From a virus (lineage: Duplodnaviria; Caudoviricetes), in the IMG/VR virus record IMGVR_UViG_3300034171_000074, positions 1-48,623 of that record: 48,623 bases of DNA. One strand, given 5' to 3'. A program made the translations under genes and the position numbers. Every line of letters starts with the position of its first letter. Position 1 is the stretch's first letter. A model generated the notes under the pieces. It searched no databases. It saw only the letters and a program-made list of their open reading frames with translations, and was not told where the DNA came from. Below are positions 30,001 to 36,568 of this stretch, in pieces.

Positions 30001-30237
30001 GGCATTCTTATGTTTCCTTCGTATTGGCTGAGGATTCAGAAAACGATTTACCGGATGATCAAAGACCGTCCGGTAAGTTTCGGGATTGAAGAAGCTATAA
30101 ACGAGTTGGTTGGTTTGGAAGGTTCTTCAATAGAAGACGCGAATATCATTTCCAAATTTAATTCTCATTTGGGTATATTCCACAACCCCTGGGCAGATCC
30201 GGGAGTCGGCAACATAGTACCGACTCACGTATTCTAA
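24031..30237 (+). CDS. Virion-encapsidated single-subunit (T7/N4-type) RNA polymerase plus C-terminal domains
   Basis: GRNAR..NPQTSKSMR (R418), motif A SDATGSG (D558), motif B RELSKSPTMTFIY (R656, K660, Y668), IHTAD, motif C VHDA (D875); HExxH at residue 1063; TAAGGT SD. Confidence 0.9.
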   Translation: MANCISIEDYLDTLREIAQEVEINQLGDQDTRVNVWNISDTDVANMLENYRVPQSVSSQSDRLTRKLEGALAGISPTHKQKVKTLVDRLKSKSSLGESSDKSARSQMVALKEIISSIAGEVNKASNMRVPLTVISPGSVPNIPMARLAAMIGRKVLYQNGYRSTGLGEENSAAKAEHMYYLVGERILESLQDGGFVKINEANSGQSTLIDYIDGDKKRMPRGPDAHTTNMKSVTLIPKSLDLSTKEGSADLDTILGKTSEQSDSVFGSYLKMIDAVSYVTVPETIIFPKTGFMSYDPDTFTKKSSYKGNKELLKSVREIESKPLYMNSDVHSLFANIAKETENISKSASSWINNNLDALSLSKLFNMEQSNDIESDKASNMGRNLSKSTPIDDVVEYFSKFKDNPALFFKMFLGRNARAYMENSVLNPQTSKSMRFAMEVEPYAMEVGSDVYKYYVDKVARSTLPKGKDGTVPAQTLLKEDMSSEPMGAEIQKALNAYNKYSEARSANSQLTALRAMSNSGLKFENFSDLLSSVKAIKGIRESLDSKRITSTYMVSSDATGSGGLLTLLQAIGSTQEEDITKVLKSLGVFKSNEEQDLAEVKDIYGILTNALQPFLDEEPDSDGIYELSLDRKLNEETVRSVLTSVKDDLFDGDFRELSKSPTMTFIYDQSEDGAVESMAETFTEKLLGKLRNNNAVSPELIKLLNDLLPTKVTTQKDVNDLKKTDKKLKASLEQGFINSGVGNFLYDALGTTVRRKYLDNHKSMAKRVFNLISQNVGDPQFKVMPAAWVVERAESGGSIEPTLAELREYGVPLTKLYDVAREVDGGDVVLTREDRLAETVMNTSMIHTADTAAMFGSLKGLPTKHNTGVITVHDAYFSNAHLVMENDSKYIAETLKVAQHFDIQEQVMLAIKAFSGKKTDEDKSFDGILEFTRKRKATKQQALKDNFDAETNSVIGDGNGYRNLEVSGVKAKEATPRTTKQKIEGTQSTNSSPKVSPKRQVSNRDAATQRALEKLSAKSPIIAGFLKSTNKSAVVKGTVDSFQSDTDTITISDTATIADIEHEIVHSYTVGMIEKTFEADKNSEFVEQVELITGKGSFNQNLRDMKYIQKALAKIDASKLSGETKNRIVYAKNQANEKTALGEFVSIMSTEPSVAKEVYKQFGSGNTLKGIIGRVVKSIQRILKSPTAADLSMDTVDAEILYSSINGLIEGGKSMRENSYEQNLQLQKEFGEDLYSGSRAGDYVKKSRDYFELLNSSMARSINDPAVRKIGSWTASLDGIVRDKFPVYSQAADYMKGIYDGSEALQSLVHKITNSNINNETKNEVLSTFSRLRAERNDLVSRELRKFKKLTFNMTEGQLRSYRDFTQKMAIQDYFLLAETVTDIDAKVDELKASLKSDATNKLDTIVKMNVDGEITSKTYYNVKQIMGSAGDNQNNARAYVALRSIQELGQDRFTEFLGNTELLTLIKDTVLANESLTFEGGINTSKLRDNGLAENFETPIVKRAVHPNDMRFMAKYEKDGWKRLKTSGDENQPVILYKSEIDQTYQEGVFTDIRTQTADIPVTEAFKSFNNVVKTADGSYVMVLSEDQRHKLGASKDPSQSLVRTMAHNMTMKESEIIRNKLLEKETYWDLKSKDTDSLKRLVKDPSRDNPWFLGSTNDFDMSKHPELLKHYTPVTKSLSDHNRFDEKIQYVRKDIGYWLIGASERSVVRDPKLQWALRITKNIVSGMKIGLIALNPVKILNDNVSNITYLGIRGVDPVFLQRQYRKISTEFNEYHGIRNRYMDLKVRSYSNPGDYKDQMDKIQKELKNHPANGFIERGFLNSLGSELIMNTDDPSSGFKSDLDAILKKVFQDNEGKNNSVGRLLIKSAKWNVGLEELLETVSPVFGQVGSTKEVEKSINEIADRWKDIKTKEDAVAYMHQYLNSPDSEFVKLGSHMTDLSDVMAKETLYRHLMGNGMSAKKAELEVIDSFPDYKEAMPVKVRQLSDVGILMFPSYWLRIQKTIYRMIKDRPVSFGIEEAINELVGLEGSSIEDANIISKFNSHLGIFHNPWADPGVGNIVPTHVF

Positions 30238-30242
30238 AGAGA

Positions 30243-30935
30243 TTACTCTTTATCAGCACCAAAACGACGCTTACCAAAAGCGGGTTTCTTGGCTGGTTCG
30301 GAAGACGAACCGGCTGAGGAACCTGCAGGTAGACCGTCTTTACGACCACCAGCAATCCAGGCTTGAATTGTTTCAGGTGTCAGGTCGTCTTTGTACGTGA
30401 CGTTATCTACGTACTTCATTTCCTTTTCAAACGATTCACCAGCATCACTTTCGTTAACGATTTCTTCAGCAGAAGCGTTATCGGATTCGCGGAAGAAGGC
30501 TTTGATGACTTTCTTTTCCTGAATCTTACCGTTATAGACGGAGTACTCCATCTGAATACGCATGAGGATAGGAATATCAGCCAGGTCTTCAAGAATGGCA
30601 GCTTCTTTCATTGCCTCTTTTTTGCCAATTGGCAATTCAACTTCAATGGGATCAGAAACTTCATCCTTACCGGCAATGATCAGCAACTGGTTAAAGACTT
30701 TTGAACCAATCTTGTTATCGCTGCCGTCGTTATTGGTGATACGCAGGTTACCGTAGATAACTTGCTTCTGACCTTTATGTTCAAGGTACATGTCAATGGA
30801 AGTAGACCCATTTTTCGACACGCTGACAATAGGTGCCAGAATCATTACAGGGTAAACGCCTGAAGCCGTGATGTGGTTGCTACCACCTTGTTTAACGTCT
30901 TCGGCTTTCTTGGAAGATTTGAAAAAAGATGACAT
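30243..30935 (-). CDS. Single-stranded DNA-binding protein (N4 gp45-like)
   Basis: 230 aa; GG..ITASGVYPV.I OB-fold-like start, low-complexity tail; last gene of the replication block next to the Sak4-like ATPase, as in N4. Confidence 0.7.
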   Translation of the reverse strand: MSSFFKSSKKAEDVKQGGSNHITASGVYPVMILAPIVSVSKNGSTSIDMYLEHKGQKQVIYGNLRITNNDGSDNKIGSKVFNQLLIIAGKDEVSDPIEVELPIGKKEAMKEAAILEDLADIPILMRIQMEYSVYNGKIQEKKVIKAFFRESDNASAEEIVNESDAGESFEKEMKYVDNVTYKDDLTPETIQAWIAGGRKDGLPAGSSAGSSSEPAKKPAFGKRRFGADKE

Positions 30936-31030
30936 ATTTTTACCTCTCAGAGATTTGGGGTGTCACCCCCTGGTTTTGGGTAATTATTTACCCTCGTTTG
31001 GTTTTTACTTTACTAATATCTAATTACTGA

Positions 31031-31696
31031 TTACAGAGACCAAGCCTTTGCTTCGTTCTGTCTTTCTCGAAGCATTACAATATGGTCTTGAAGATTAAAA
31101 TCTTCAATAGGCATATTTTCAGGAAGGCTTTTTGTGGTAGTCCTTGAAGCCATTTTTGAATTTCTGAAATGAACTATTCGGCTTTTACCTCGAAGCTCAA
31201 CGAAAATAGCTTCGTCCACTTCAGACAGGATTCCACCTTTCTTGCCGTAGCTTCCACCAGCGTTTACCAGGGAGTAGCCAGAAACGTCTTCGTTATAAAG
31301 AGCGTGAGACACCAAAACAATATTGAAGTTTGGAACCATGTCACGTTCGATAAAATCGACTACTTTTTTAATTTCCGTGTTCACCTTGCCGTATGGAAAA
31401 GACTTAACTTGCTCAAGAACATAACCTTCAATATCCAAAAGGATTTTTGAGATTGAGTCTATGGCAATGGTCTTAGGCAAAGCACCCATTTTCTTTTCGT
31501 AAGCTTCAACTTTTTCTACAATCAGGTTGATCAACTCTTCAGCTGATGTGAAATCAGGAACGTTTACGTGAGCTTGTGGAAATGGATATTGTTTACCATC
31601 CCTGGCAATTATCAACGCATCTTCAAGAGTTTGAAGAAGCGTGGTTTTACCAATGTTAGGCAAGCTTGATACAAGTAATTTTACATTACTGGACAT
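31031..31696 (-). CDS. Sak4-like AAA ATPase / ssDNA annealing protein (N4 gp44 position)
   Basis: Walker A SLPNIGKTT, Walker B IAIDSIS, LVSH motif; adjacent to the SSB and nuclease genes. Confidence 0.8.
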   Translation of the reverse strand: MSSNVKLLVSSLPNIGKTTLLQTLEDALIIARDGKQYPFPQAHVNVPDFTSAEELINLIVEKVEAYEKKMGALPKTIAIDSISKILLDIEGYVLEQVKSFPYGKVNTEIKKVVDFIERDMVPNFNIVLVSHALYNEDVSGYSLVNAGGSYGKKGGILSEVDEAIFVELRGKSRIVHFRNSKMASRTTTKSLPENMPIEDFNLQDHIVMLRERQNEAKAWSL

Positions 31697-31700
31697 TTTG

Positions 31701-31955
31701 TTAATCCCTACGTTTATTTGAATCTGAACCGGTACCTGACATGGATTTAGCTACAGAAAGGAACAGGCTAACAAAAATACCTGCAGTGATTCCAATCAGC
31801 ATTCCACCCATTGTACCGAAGAATAGTGCTGCCAATATTGCTGACACAACAATGTCAGTCTGCCAGTTAAAGCGCAGAAACTTTGGAAGTCCCATCTTTA
31901 ACAGCAGAATGATAAAGCCCATAGCAGTTAGAAAACCCATTAGCAAAATTTCCAT
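31701..31955 (-). CDS. Small membrane protein
   Basis: 84 aa with 2-3 hydrophobic segments; GGAG RBS. Confidence 0.7.
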   Translation of the reverse strand: MEILLMGFLTAMGFIILLLKMGLPKFLRFNWQTDIVVSAILAALFFGTMGGMLIGITAGIFVSLFLSVAKSMSGTGSDSNKRRD

Positions 31956-31958
31956 AAC

Positions 31959-32753
31959 CTACTCCTGTTTGAGTCTTGGATCATGAAAAATGACATGGGC
32001 AAGCTCTGGGTATTTTTTCCAGGCTACTACTGAATCTACAGCAAGTTCCAGAAGACCAGTGATGAACTCCAAGTCTTCAGGAGCTATGACTTCCGTAATA
32101 CTTGTAGCAGTTGGAGGGTAAGATTTTAACGGCTTTCCAGTTTTCTCACTGAGTCCACCATCAATGTTTCGATTTATGTACACAAGTCGAATACGGGTTG
32201 GGTTATAACCTTTCTTAATTAGTACCCAAACGTAAACAAGAAGTTGATATTTGTAGTGAGATGGAATCGTTTTAGGAACTGTTTTAGAGTTGTAGGTCTT
32301 ATAATCAACGACCATACAATCTTCTTTACATCCTTGGACAGCATCAAGAGTACCACCAGCGTAATAACCATTTTTAATTTCTGCCTGGTGCTGAGTTTCA
32401 ACTTCAAAGTATTCGTTACGAAGAACGTATGTGTTAACAAGTTCTTCTGCCATTGGTACGTACTGGCTTTTAACAATAGAGGGGTCGTATTCTTCTTTAG
32501 GTTCGTGCATTTTGATGTATTCTTCGATCATTTTCTGATCTACTTCTTCACCTTTTGCAACCATCTCAGCGCAGTAGTGAACAATTGTTCCTAATACACT
32601 TGACGTGTTGTAATCAAAAGATGAAACATCCATTACTTGCGATTGAAACCACCGATGTGGATGAGTTATAAATTCAGCAAACCTGCTTGGGCTGAAATTC
32701 ATAACAGCACCTTCAGGTACTGGTGTTCTTTTATAACTTAAAGGATTCGTCAT
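31959..32753 (-). CDS. PD-(D/E)XK (Cas4/RecB-like) exonuclease
   Basis: FSPS, GTIVH, GTLD...VDYKT and QLLVY motifs. Confidence 0.85.
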   Translation of the reverse strand: MTNPLSYKRTPVPEGAVMNFSPSRFAEFITHPHRWFQSQVMDVSSFDYNTSSVLGTIVHYCAEMVAKGEEVDQKMIEEYIKMHEPKEEYDPSIVKSQYVPMAEELVNTYVLRNEYFEVETQHQAEIKNGYYAGGTLDAVQGCKEDCMVVDYKTYNSKTVPKTIPSHYKYQLLVYVWVLIKKGYNPTRIRLVYINRNIDGGLSEKTGKPLKSYPPTATSITEVIAPEDLEFITGLLELAVDSVVAWKKYPELAHVIFHDPRLKQE

Positions 32754-32765
32754 TCAATTCTCCAA

Positions 32766-33023
32766 TTATCTGTTACATTTTTTATGCGATAGCTTTAGTA
32801 GAAATAGGTACCCAGGCTTATCTTCTTTTTTAGAAAAATAGTGTTCTATGGTAGCCATTTCTTCAACATCATTTACAGGCTCTCCCATAGTTGGAAAGAG
32901 CATAGGTTTTTCACACCAGCAACATTTTTCACCGTAGAGTGTGCGAAGGATATTACGAAAACGATCTCTTCGTGACTTGCTGATATAAAGACCGTTATTT
33001 TTACGTCTTTCAGTTTTTTTCAT
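32766..33023 (-). CDS. Small HNH endonuclease-like protein
   Basis: CCWC...ATIEH...LSHKKCN zinc/HNH pattern; ATGA overlap with the polymerase stop. Confidence 0.7.
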   Translation of the reverse strand: MKKTERRKNNGLYISKSRRDRFRNILRTLYGEKCCWCEKPMLFPTMGEPVNDVEEMATIEHYFSKKEDKPGYLFLLKLSHKKCNR

Positions 33024-34795
33024 AAGATTGCCAAAACCTCTTCTATTTGTTGGATAGAAGCATTGTTTGGAATTTTATGAAGATCCGCCCAATTTAGTCC
33101 AATTTCACCTTCAGCTTCGTTGTGAATTTCCTCATCTTGCAAATACTGAACAGTCATCACTTCGATAAGGTTTTCATTAACCCATTTTATTATTTCAGGA
33201 TCACGGTAGGTTTGCGTGTAGATACTGTCGTAGATTGTAGATTGTACCTGAACATACTTTTCCAGATTTTCCTGCTCTATGCGGTAGTTCAGTTCGTTCA
33301 CAGCGATGAGTGTTAGGATGCTCCAAAACTGTACGGTTGCGTTGTGCAAGGTTCTGATATCGTTATGAGCGTTGTCTGTATAAAGACGACAACCAAGACC
33401 CAGGTGGATGTAACCGTTACTGGCAGCCGTTGGAAGAACATAGTTATCACGGTAATCAGTAATTCCTGGATACAGAACATTGTGGTACCTATCGAAAATC
33501 TCCTGAGTTATAACACCTCCTTTGTCTACATCTGGAAATCCACCATAAGCAAGTTTGAATGTTGGAGCTTTAGATTTTTGACGAATATCTTTTATAACAG
33601 AGTTTCCTTCGTCATTTTTTTGCATAAAGGCTTTAACAAAATCAACGTTATTGTTAAATTTTCCGATAGTTTTTTCTATCTCTTCTGAATAGTATCCACA
33701 CGCATTTAGAGAATGGCCATCAAGACCTTCTTTAAATACGTTGCACTTATTCACATCTCCAGAAAGATTGGATATTACACGGTCTTCCAGTGCAGATAGA
33801 TCTGCTGTGTAAATTACAAAGTCTTTCTTTGCTGTAAAGCACCGTTTCAGTGGCTTTGCGTAGATTGATTTACTGCTGGGAGCATTAAGCAGATTTGGAG
33901 AATTTGATGTATTTCTAAACGATTTGGCACCAAACAGTTTTATTTTACCGTGAAGAACTTTATCAATAGTGAATGTATCAAACGCTTTTATAAAATTGCT
34001 TTTTATGATGAAACTAAATGAGTTGTCGATCATAGCGTCAAGCATTTCAATTAAAACTTCATCTTTTGAATCTTTACGAAGTTCTTCAATTTGATCACGA
34101 CCCCATGAAGGTTCTCCTGTGTCTTTGGAGTAAGACCTTGCAGGAATCTTCAACATCTGAAAAATCTCACAAGTTTGCTTTGAGCTGTTAGGGTTGAAGG
34201 CTTCCAGACTAACTTTCTGCTTCTTTTTCTCGTAGCGTGGCCTGTTCCAAAGCTCAAGTTTGTACTCTGCCAGGGAGCGCATAGCTTTCACTGCAGTAGT
34301 GCAATTTGCGCTTATCCGCTTATCTATGACACTGGACAAAAAAGGATCATTCAAAAAGACGTTGTATTCCTTTACGTCTTTAACAGACCACTTATTACGG
34401 ACATCTTTATCACGGCCTATGGCCAGTAGATGCGTGTTGACCAACCAGGTACGGTGAGTCATGTCTGTTTCTTTGAATGGCTTTAAATAATGATCAAGGG
34501 TGCGAACAGATTTGGTAGCTTCTTCTTCATGCTCTCTCTGAGCCTTTGGCCTACGCATGGTCTCCTGGTACTTAATAACGTAAGGGTGTTTGCCTAAACG
34601 TTCGTATACAGTCTCTTGAACCTCATCAATGAGCGTTCTGAGATTTTCAACAGCTTCTGATTCAATCAATAGACCTGTATCCACCATTTTTATCATGTCA
34701 GGGATAAAGTGGCTGGCAAAGTTATCATAGAAATAACTGGGTCCAGGATCATGGTCACAAGGAAAAGGAACAGGAAGTCTTTCAAAAGGGCGCAT
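33020..34795 (-). CDS. Family A DNA polymerase, polymerase domain
   Basis: FNPNS, RNTSNSPNLLN, motif A ADLSALEDR, DGHS, motif B RQKSKAPTFKLAYG, motif C TIYDSI. Confidence 0.93.
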   Translation of the reverse strand: MRPFERLPVPFPCDHDPGPSYFYDNFASHFIPDMIKMVDTGLLIESEAVENLRTLIDEVQETVYERLGKHPYVIKYQETMRRPKAQREHEEEATKSVRTLDHYLKPFKETDMTHRTWLVNTHLLAIGRDKDVRNKWSVKDVKEYNVFLNDPFLSSVIDKRISANCTTAVKAMRSLAEYKLELWNRPRYEKKKQKVSLEAFNPNSSKQTCEIFQMLKIPARSYSKDTGEPSWGRDQIEELRKDSKDEVLIEMLDAMIDNSFSFIIKSNFIKAFDTFTIDKVLHGKIKLFGAKSFRNTSNSPNLLNAPSSKSIYAKPLKRCFTAKKDFVIYTADLSALEDRVISNLSGDVNKCNVFKEGLDGHSLNACGYYSEEIEKTIGKFNNNVDFVKAFMQKNDEGNSVIKDIRQKSKAPTFKLAYGGFPDVDKGGVITQEIFDRYHNVLYPGITDYRDNYVLPTAASNGYIHLGLGCRLYTDNAHNDIRTLHNATVQFWSILTLIAVNELNYRIEQENLEKYVQVQSTIYDSIYTQTYRDPEIIKWVNENLIEVMTVQYLQDEEIHNEAEGEIGLNWADLHKIPNNASIQQIEEVLAIL

Positions 34796-35510
34796 AACTT
34801 AAATGCTCCTGTAATTCTTCGTCGCTAAAATTTCTTTTGGTCAGTAACAAGTTTTCTTTTATGTATTTGTCCCTATATATAGCGGCATCTAATGCGGTTT
34901 TGTGGTAGCAGCTCATGATTCGTTTTTTTCCAATAGTAATCTGGCTAGTCCAAGGATTTTTCATATGAGATATACGTTTAGGTGCAGTTACACCAACAAA
35001 CCCAGAAGTATTTTTTACACCTAAAATCTTACCTGTATTAGACTCTACTCTACCTTCAACACCATTAGTTGTGTGGGGTAGTTTGTTGTCTTTTACATAA
35101 ATGTCGTAAGCAATAGCAGATTCCTCAGAAGTACCGTAGAACCCAACTGTTACAGTTTTATTTTTTACACTTATAGATGTTTCCCATTTTTCGTACATCT
35201 TATTCCAACTTACACCCCTAAAACCGGACTTGTTATGACTGTAGAGAATTCGGGTATTAGCTGACTGCACTAGCTGATTAGTCCACCTACAGTTACCAGG
35301 ACGGTAATCACCATTATTATCTATTCTGTCTATTGAAGACTTATCATTATAACCGTTAGACAAAGCCCAGATTTTAAATTCCTCATAAGAATTTTTCCAC
35401 TCTTCGCACACTGCTATGTGAGAATACTCAAGTTTTCTGGTACACCTATATTTCATACCCTTCCATATGTTATTTAAACGATTACCAGTATCACCGTGTG
35501 TCTTGTTCAT
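34782..35510 (-). mobile_element. Free-standing HNH homing endonuclease with two AP2-like DNA-binding repeats
   Basis: WKGMKYRC, VCEEW, SIDRIDNNGDYRPGNCRW; NKSGFRGVSW...SAIAYD and NTSGFVGV...AAIYRD; overlaps both polymerase ORFs. Confidence 0.88.
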
Positions 35511-36153
35511 TTCTATGCTCCATTATCTGTTGATAAAGTAGCATTGTAGCACATCCATCAATAGAGCAGTATTTTAAAAATTTTGGACTTTTAGGGTTAT
35601 CTGGTTCGTACTCGTCATAAAGTGACCAGGTAGGATCGTACTGACTTTTCATCAGTTCTTTAAGACCAACTTTTGCTTTCCAAATGTCTACGTGATTTAT
35701 AAAACACTTGGACATCAGAGAAGTGTCTACGTAGTTTTTTGGAAAGCAACGAACACGGTTGTACATGATCTGTAAGTCAAAAAGAGCGTTATGTATTAAC
35801 AGCAGCCCTTTATAATACGCAATGAACTTCCATATAAGCATTTCTGTATGGATAGTATCCGGTATCAATATTTCACTGTGGTCTTTAGAAAGACCAAAAA
35901 TGAAATGGGTAGTGACTACCAACGATGGGAAACTGAGACCAGAATTTCCAGCTACCATACGATACTGCTTAATCTGATCGATGGAGAGGTCCTGGTCCTT
36001 GTCTAAAAGCTTCTGTGCTGTACTCCTATCCTGCTTTGGGTAAACTCCTGACGTTTCAGTGTCCAGGCTCATAACGGGCTTCTCAGCTAGTTTGTTGAGC
36101 TTCTTTTGGATGTTGTAACGAGTTGCAGTAACACAATAGCTAACTTTAATCAT
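35491..36153 (-). CDS. 3'-5' proofreading exonuclease domain of the family A DNA polymerase (separate ORF)
   Basis: ExoI LDTETSG, ExoII HNALFDL, ExoIII YCSIDG; GLKEL motif. Confidence 0.88.
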   Translation of the reverse strand: MIKVSYCVTATRYNIQKKLNKLAEKPVMSLDTETSGVYPKQDRSTAQKLLDKDQDLSIDQIKQYRMVAGNSGLSFPSLVVTTHFIFGLSKDHSEILIPDTIHTEMLIWKFIAYYKGLLLIHNALFDLQIMYNRVRCFPKNYVDTSLMSKCFINHVDIWKAKVGLKELMKSQYDPTWSLYDEYEPDNPKSPKFLKYCSIDGCATMLLYQQIMEHRNEQDTR

Positions 36154-36568
36154 TATCCAGTAATCCTTTTAAGTCAGAATCAAAAAAGGTTCCTCCAATA
36201 TTTAAATTTAAGAACATCTGGTCGAATATAGCGTCGTGCTCAAACAACAAAGCTGACTCAAGATAGGTAGACGATTTACGAGTAGAGCATTGATACAAAA
36301 TTTCTTTTTTTAAAATCTGCAGTCCTTCAATACCATGACTACCTTCGTATTTTGCAAAAGGTAGATCCATTAACTCTTTACGAACGTAATTCTTACGTAT
36401 CTTCAGCTGTGCTTTTGTGGGTTTTAACCTACGCACAGAACGAACGGCCCGCTTGCCGATGTATTTTTTACCATCAACATAAGTGATCAAGTACACAATA
36501 TCTGTGCACTCGGGCAAGAGGTCATCGTGATTTTCAACGATACGTTCTTTGTAAGTCCAGGCAACCAC
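36146..36568 (-). CDS. GIY-YIG endonuclease (T4 EndoII/DenA-like)
   Basis: W.Y N-terminus, IVYLITY..GKKYIGKR, YEGS, conserved E (YLES) and NLNI. Confidence 0.75.
   Translation of the reverse strand: MVAWTYKERIVENHDDLLPECTDIVYLITYVDGKKYIGKRAVRSVRRLKPTKAQLKIRKNYVRKELMDLPFAKYEGSHGIEGLQILKKEILYQCSTRKSSTYLESALLFEHDAIFDQMFLNLNIGGTFFDSDLKGLLDND

Noticed and set aside
30292-30314. 9-bp hairpin near the convergence point as a terminator
   Set aside because: It lies inside the SSB coding sequence with no U tract on either strand.
320-30355. Numerous short antisense and alternate-frame ORFs in the ORF track (e.g. 3267..3623, 14648..15022, 24912..25277)
   Set aside because: They are nested within long motif-bearing genes, lack RBS or family motifs, and are best explained as shadow ORFs; the same applies to + strand ORFs in the replication block.
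31959-32753. Cas4-like gene as a sign of a CRISPR system
   Set aside because: No repeat-spacer array or other cas genes; the Sak4/SSB context indicates a recombination nuclease.
34782-35510. Group I intron or intein in the DNA polymerase
   Set aside because: No flanking non-coding sequence for the intron core and no in-frame fusion or intein terminal residues; treated as a free-standing endonuclease.
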